From positions 1 to 10,561 of the forward strand of contig JBHGNT010001263.1 of assembly GCA_043228905.1 (NCBI GenBank): 10,561 bases of DNA, read 5' to 3'. Position 1 is the stretch's first letter. Each line of letters starts with the position of its first letter. Positions 7,681-10,561 of this stretch are shown here, in pieces. The notes under the pieces are model-generated. The model did no database searches, was not told the DNA's origin, and saw nothing but the letters and a program-made list of their open reading frames with translations. The position numbers were made by a program, and so were the translations under genes. The DNA comes from Azolla caroliniana. Lineage: Eukaryota > Plantae > Polypodiophyta.

Positions 7681-8224
7681 CATATATTGCTTAGCATTCC
7701 TTCTATTTTGATGCGGTTTGTTAGCATCATATGACATTCTATATCTCACATAATGCTTGCTAAGGACAATGGATGACTGGTCATTTTGATTAGTCAGCTT
7801 CTCCAAAGCATGTCGCAACCCTACTTCCAAGGTTCACAAAAATAGGTTACATCTCTCTAACATGCATACAAAATTAGCCACCTTTCAAACTCCCTGCAAT
7901 AGGAACCAAACTTTGCCGATGAATTCCAATGGTTGGTGTCGAAAAATGTAGGTCGATGACAGCAACATGTAGAGCTTGCTACCAAAGTGATATAGATTTT
8001 CACAATTTTTCTCCACTCATCCACAGCAAAGAAAAGAGGAAAGCACTCCCCAAATCTGAAAATTAAATAAACACATAATGAATCGTCCTTGTCACTCCTT
8101 AGAAATGTTTCGTCCTCCATTAACATCATCCATCTCTACCACAAACTTAGACTAAATGGATTTTTTCTCTTTCCATCTAGAAGGACGACTTCCCCAAGCA
8201 AAGTTGTCCTTATAAAATCAGCCA

Positions 8225-8945
8225 TGTCGGCGATTATCACCCAAATCATGTACCTATAACAACAAAATGATATAGTAACCTCATCACCTCAAGAAAATAT
8301 GCTTCGACCCCCACACCATCTTCACTCATCCGTATCACAAAAAATTCTTCATTCAGTCCACATCAACCATCTCGTCGATTAGCGCCAAGTTCCTCTACAA
8401 ATAACAACAGAATGAGTCTAGACTATTTCCTCATCCCCTCACACCATCATCACTCATCCTCTTGTCATGTTACTATGCTTCAATCCCTACCGTCACACCA
8501 TCATCATTCATCCTAATGAGAAACCTAAAATCTTCTTCATTCATTCCACATCAACATCTCGATCTCGCCGACCATCTTGCCATCTCGTTGATGCCCACCA
8601 ACATCCTATAATGACAGCAAAAAATGAGTCTAAAAGTTTCCTCACTTACTCATGATAGTTGGCTTCGACCCCCCCACCATCTTCACTCATCCTTATCACA
8701 GAAAAAAAAATCTTCATTCAGTCCGCATCAACCATCTCGCTGATTACTACCAAATTCCTATACAAATAACAACAAAATGAGTCTAGAATGTTTCCTCATC
8801 CCCTCATGTTTTGCTTTGGCCTCCACACCATCATCACTCATCCTCTCATCATGTCAATATGCTTCAATCCCTACCGTCATGATCACTCATCCTAATGAAA
8901 AACATAAAATCTTCTTCATTCAATCCACATTAACATCTTGCCAAT
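8225..8945. repeat. CAT-rich minisatellite with dimeric (A-B-A-B') higher-order structure
   Basis: A units start GCTTCGACCCC at 8301 and 8662; B units start GCTTCAATCCC at 8477 and 8861. A and B share TCTTCATTCA.TCC.CAT, and all but the truncated last unit share AATGAGTCTA. A degenerate unit tail lies at 8225-8300. Confidence 0.85.
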
Positions 8946-9592
8946 TAGCACTAACAGTTAGGGCGTTTGAGGTAGGCGGAGCACATGGCATTCTTTAGTA
9001 AAAGGTGAAAGAATAGTTCGCTTTGTGCTCAACACACGCTTTTATACATTTTCTTCAAGTTTAAAGCACAATATTCTCTAAATTATCATTTTCACAGAAA
9101 TTAAATCATAATTGTCCCTCTTATTGTAGAGGGTAATTATATTGACCCTATCTTCCATATCCCTCAAAGTTACATACATCACCTTGTGTCCTTCATTCAA
9201 AAGTAAATATCCCTCACATGCTTAAAATCATATGTTTACTATTTTGCAAAACCCATTCTTCTTCAAATTTTGTGATCATTAACTTATGGTTACAACGATA
9301 GAAATGGAACTGAAACAATAATATCAACTTATTGCCAAGTAGAAGGAAATATGAGTGTGGTTTTATACCCAAATATGTGCATGGAATGACAAGAAACACA
9401 CATCATTGAGCAAGCGCATGGCCTCTTGAGTATAGTACGTGGAATGCTAATAGACACAAGTGATGTAGAAGTGCTCGATGAATGTCTTAATAACTCAAGT
9501 AATGCGCATGCAGTTGGCCCTTTGATGGCATGTCGAACACTAAAGGAAACAAAATCATTGACTTGCATGCGTGTGACACTCTATTGGTACGT

Positions 9593-9951
9593 TGTCGTGA
9601 AGATTTTCGGCAATAGTGTGAAAATCCTATAAAACGTACGAAATCGAGTATGAATCACGTAGTACAATAATTGTGAAGATAACATTTTAAATAGATTTAA
9701 TATCTAAGTACAAAATGATGGAGGTTTCGAATGCACTTTATTACACGAGAAACAGACAACTAAATGTCAAGATATGAGGGTATAAAGTTTGTAAAAGGAA
9801 AGGAGAAAATTGTGAGATATCCCACATAGGCACGACAAATATAGCTCTCATCATATATAACGTGGAGCAAAAGATATTATCTTTGCGTCTATGTGTGGAG
9901 CATAGAGAGTTCAAGGTAACTTGAACTAAGAGTGGAGGTGGGCTAGCTACT
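9593..9951 (+). mobile_element. LTR fragment related to the 618-1395 LTR, probably interrupted by a nested insertion
   Basis: It starts TGTCGTGAAGA, the same 11 nt as the LTR at 1460. It shares ATATCCCACATAG and CTCTCATCA..TATATAA..GTGGAGCA, in the same order, with the minus strand of 618-1395. The 3' boundary is uncertain. Confidence 0.6.
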
Positions 9952-10561
9952 TGTAAAGGGTTTTGGCCAACCAAAACCGGACCGGCGATGGAGCCGGTGA
10001 TCCGACGGCATCCGGCGACGGTATCCGGCGTCCGGCGACTAAATAAATAAATATATAACTATATATACATATTTACATATACAAGGAGGGCAAGTAAGGA
10101 TTCAAACCTTGCACCTCCAAGTTAGGAGTCAATTGGCTTACCATTAAGCCATGTTATTTAGTTGAAATTATATTTCTATCATTGTACTTTTTCATGTAAA
10201 TTCTCATACATGAGAACTAAAATGAGTGACATGGTTATCATGCACCACATGTAATACATAAGCGCCAAATGGCAAACATGCAATTTATGCATGTCTTGTA
10301 CCCTCACATGCACCATATGCATGAGAGCATCTATAAAAGAGGGAAGGGGGAGGAGAAAAAACACGGTTTTTTTTATAAAAATTAAGAGGAAGAAATTCGT
10401 TATCAAATTGATCGTGTAACTTGTTTCTTAAATCTAAAGTTAAAAGTTCAATCAATCTCTCTCAATCGTGTAATCTCAACTTCTCTTTTTCCCAATCTAT
10501 CTTAAGTACTTTCTCGCCAAAGCTTGTATCGACTCTAAATCCTTCTGGTCCAGAACCCCGG
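9952..10561 (+). mobile_element. Probable nested LTR, running off the window end
   Basis: It starts TGTAAAG and shows the same module order as the 618-1395 LTR: antisense tRNA-like module, CATG-rich tract, TATAAAA (10332-10338), purine tract, CTCTTT...AATCTAT. It ends CCTTCTGGTCCAGAACCCC, a 16/19 match to CCTCCTAGTCCAAAACCCC. Confidence 0.6.
10088..10151 (-). other. tRNA-like A-box/B-box module inside LTR U3 (antisense to the LTR)
   Basis: TGGCTTAATGG (10151-10141) fits the A-box consensus TRGCNNARYGG. GGTTTGAATCC (10108-10098) differs from GGTTCGANTCC by one CpG-type change. The spacing is as in a tRNA gene. Confidence 0.55.

Noticed and set aside
7857-8129. 90-aa minus-strand ORF upstream of the PPR relic
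   Set aside because: No PPR or other motif recognised.
8467-8998. Two mutually similar short ORFs (62 and 73 aa)
   Set aside because: Their similarity simply reflects the minisatellite units.
9957-10000. hAT-type MITE terminus (AGGGTTTT...AAAACCGGACCGG)
   Set aside because: No partner TIR or 8-bp TSD is visible, and the downstream module order matches the LTRs; not fully excluded because the element leaves the window.
1-10561. Giant Pack-type element with long inverted termini capturing the GLP
   Set aside because: The inverted similarity between the window ends is patchy and is explained by independent, oppositely oriented LTRs of related families.

Overview
AT-rich, repeat-dense land-plant nuclear DNA; the PPR and retroelement styles hint at a fern or other non-seed plant, but that is only an inference. 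Most of both window ends can be read as four related Ty3/gypsy-type LTRs. These are a solo LTR on the minus strand (618-1395) whose 3' end has been tandemly amplified (56-570), a 5' LTR with a tRNA-Trp PBS and truncated gag (1460-2952), an LTR fragment starting at 9593, and a probable nested LTR running from 9952 off the window end. The middle holds two local tandem duplications, (TC)n microsatellites, a germin-like (cupin) coding exon lacking its N-terminus (6334-6840), a decayed PLS-class PPR fragment and a dimeric minisatellite. The most interesting signals are in the LTRs: three of them start at the same ACGT|TGTCGT junction, two carry an antisense tRNA-like A-box/B-box module in U3, and all four begin with a hairpin of different sequence. 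All alignments were done by eye.
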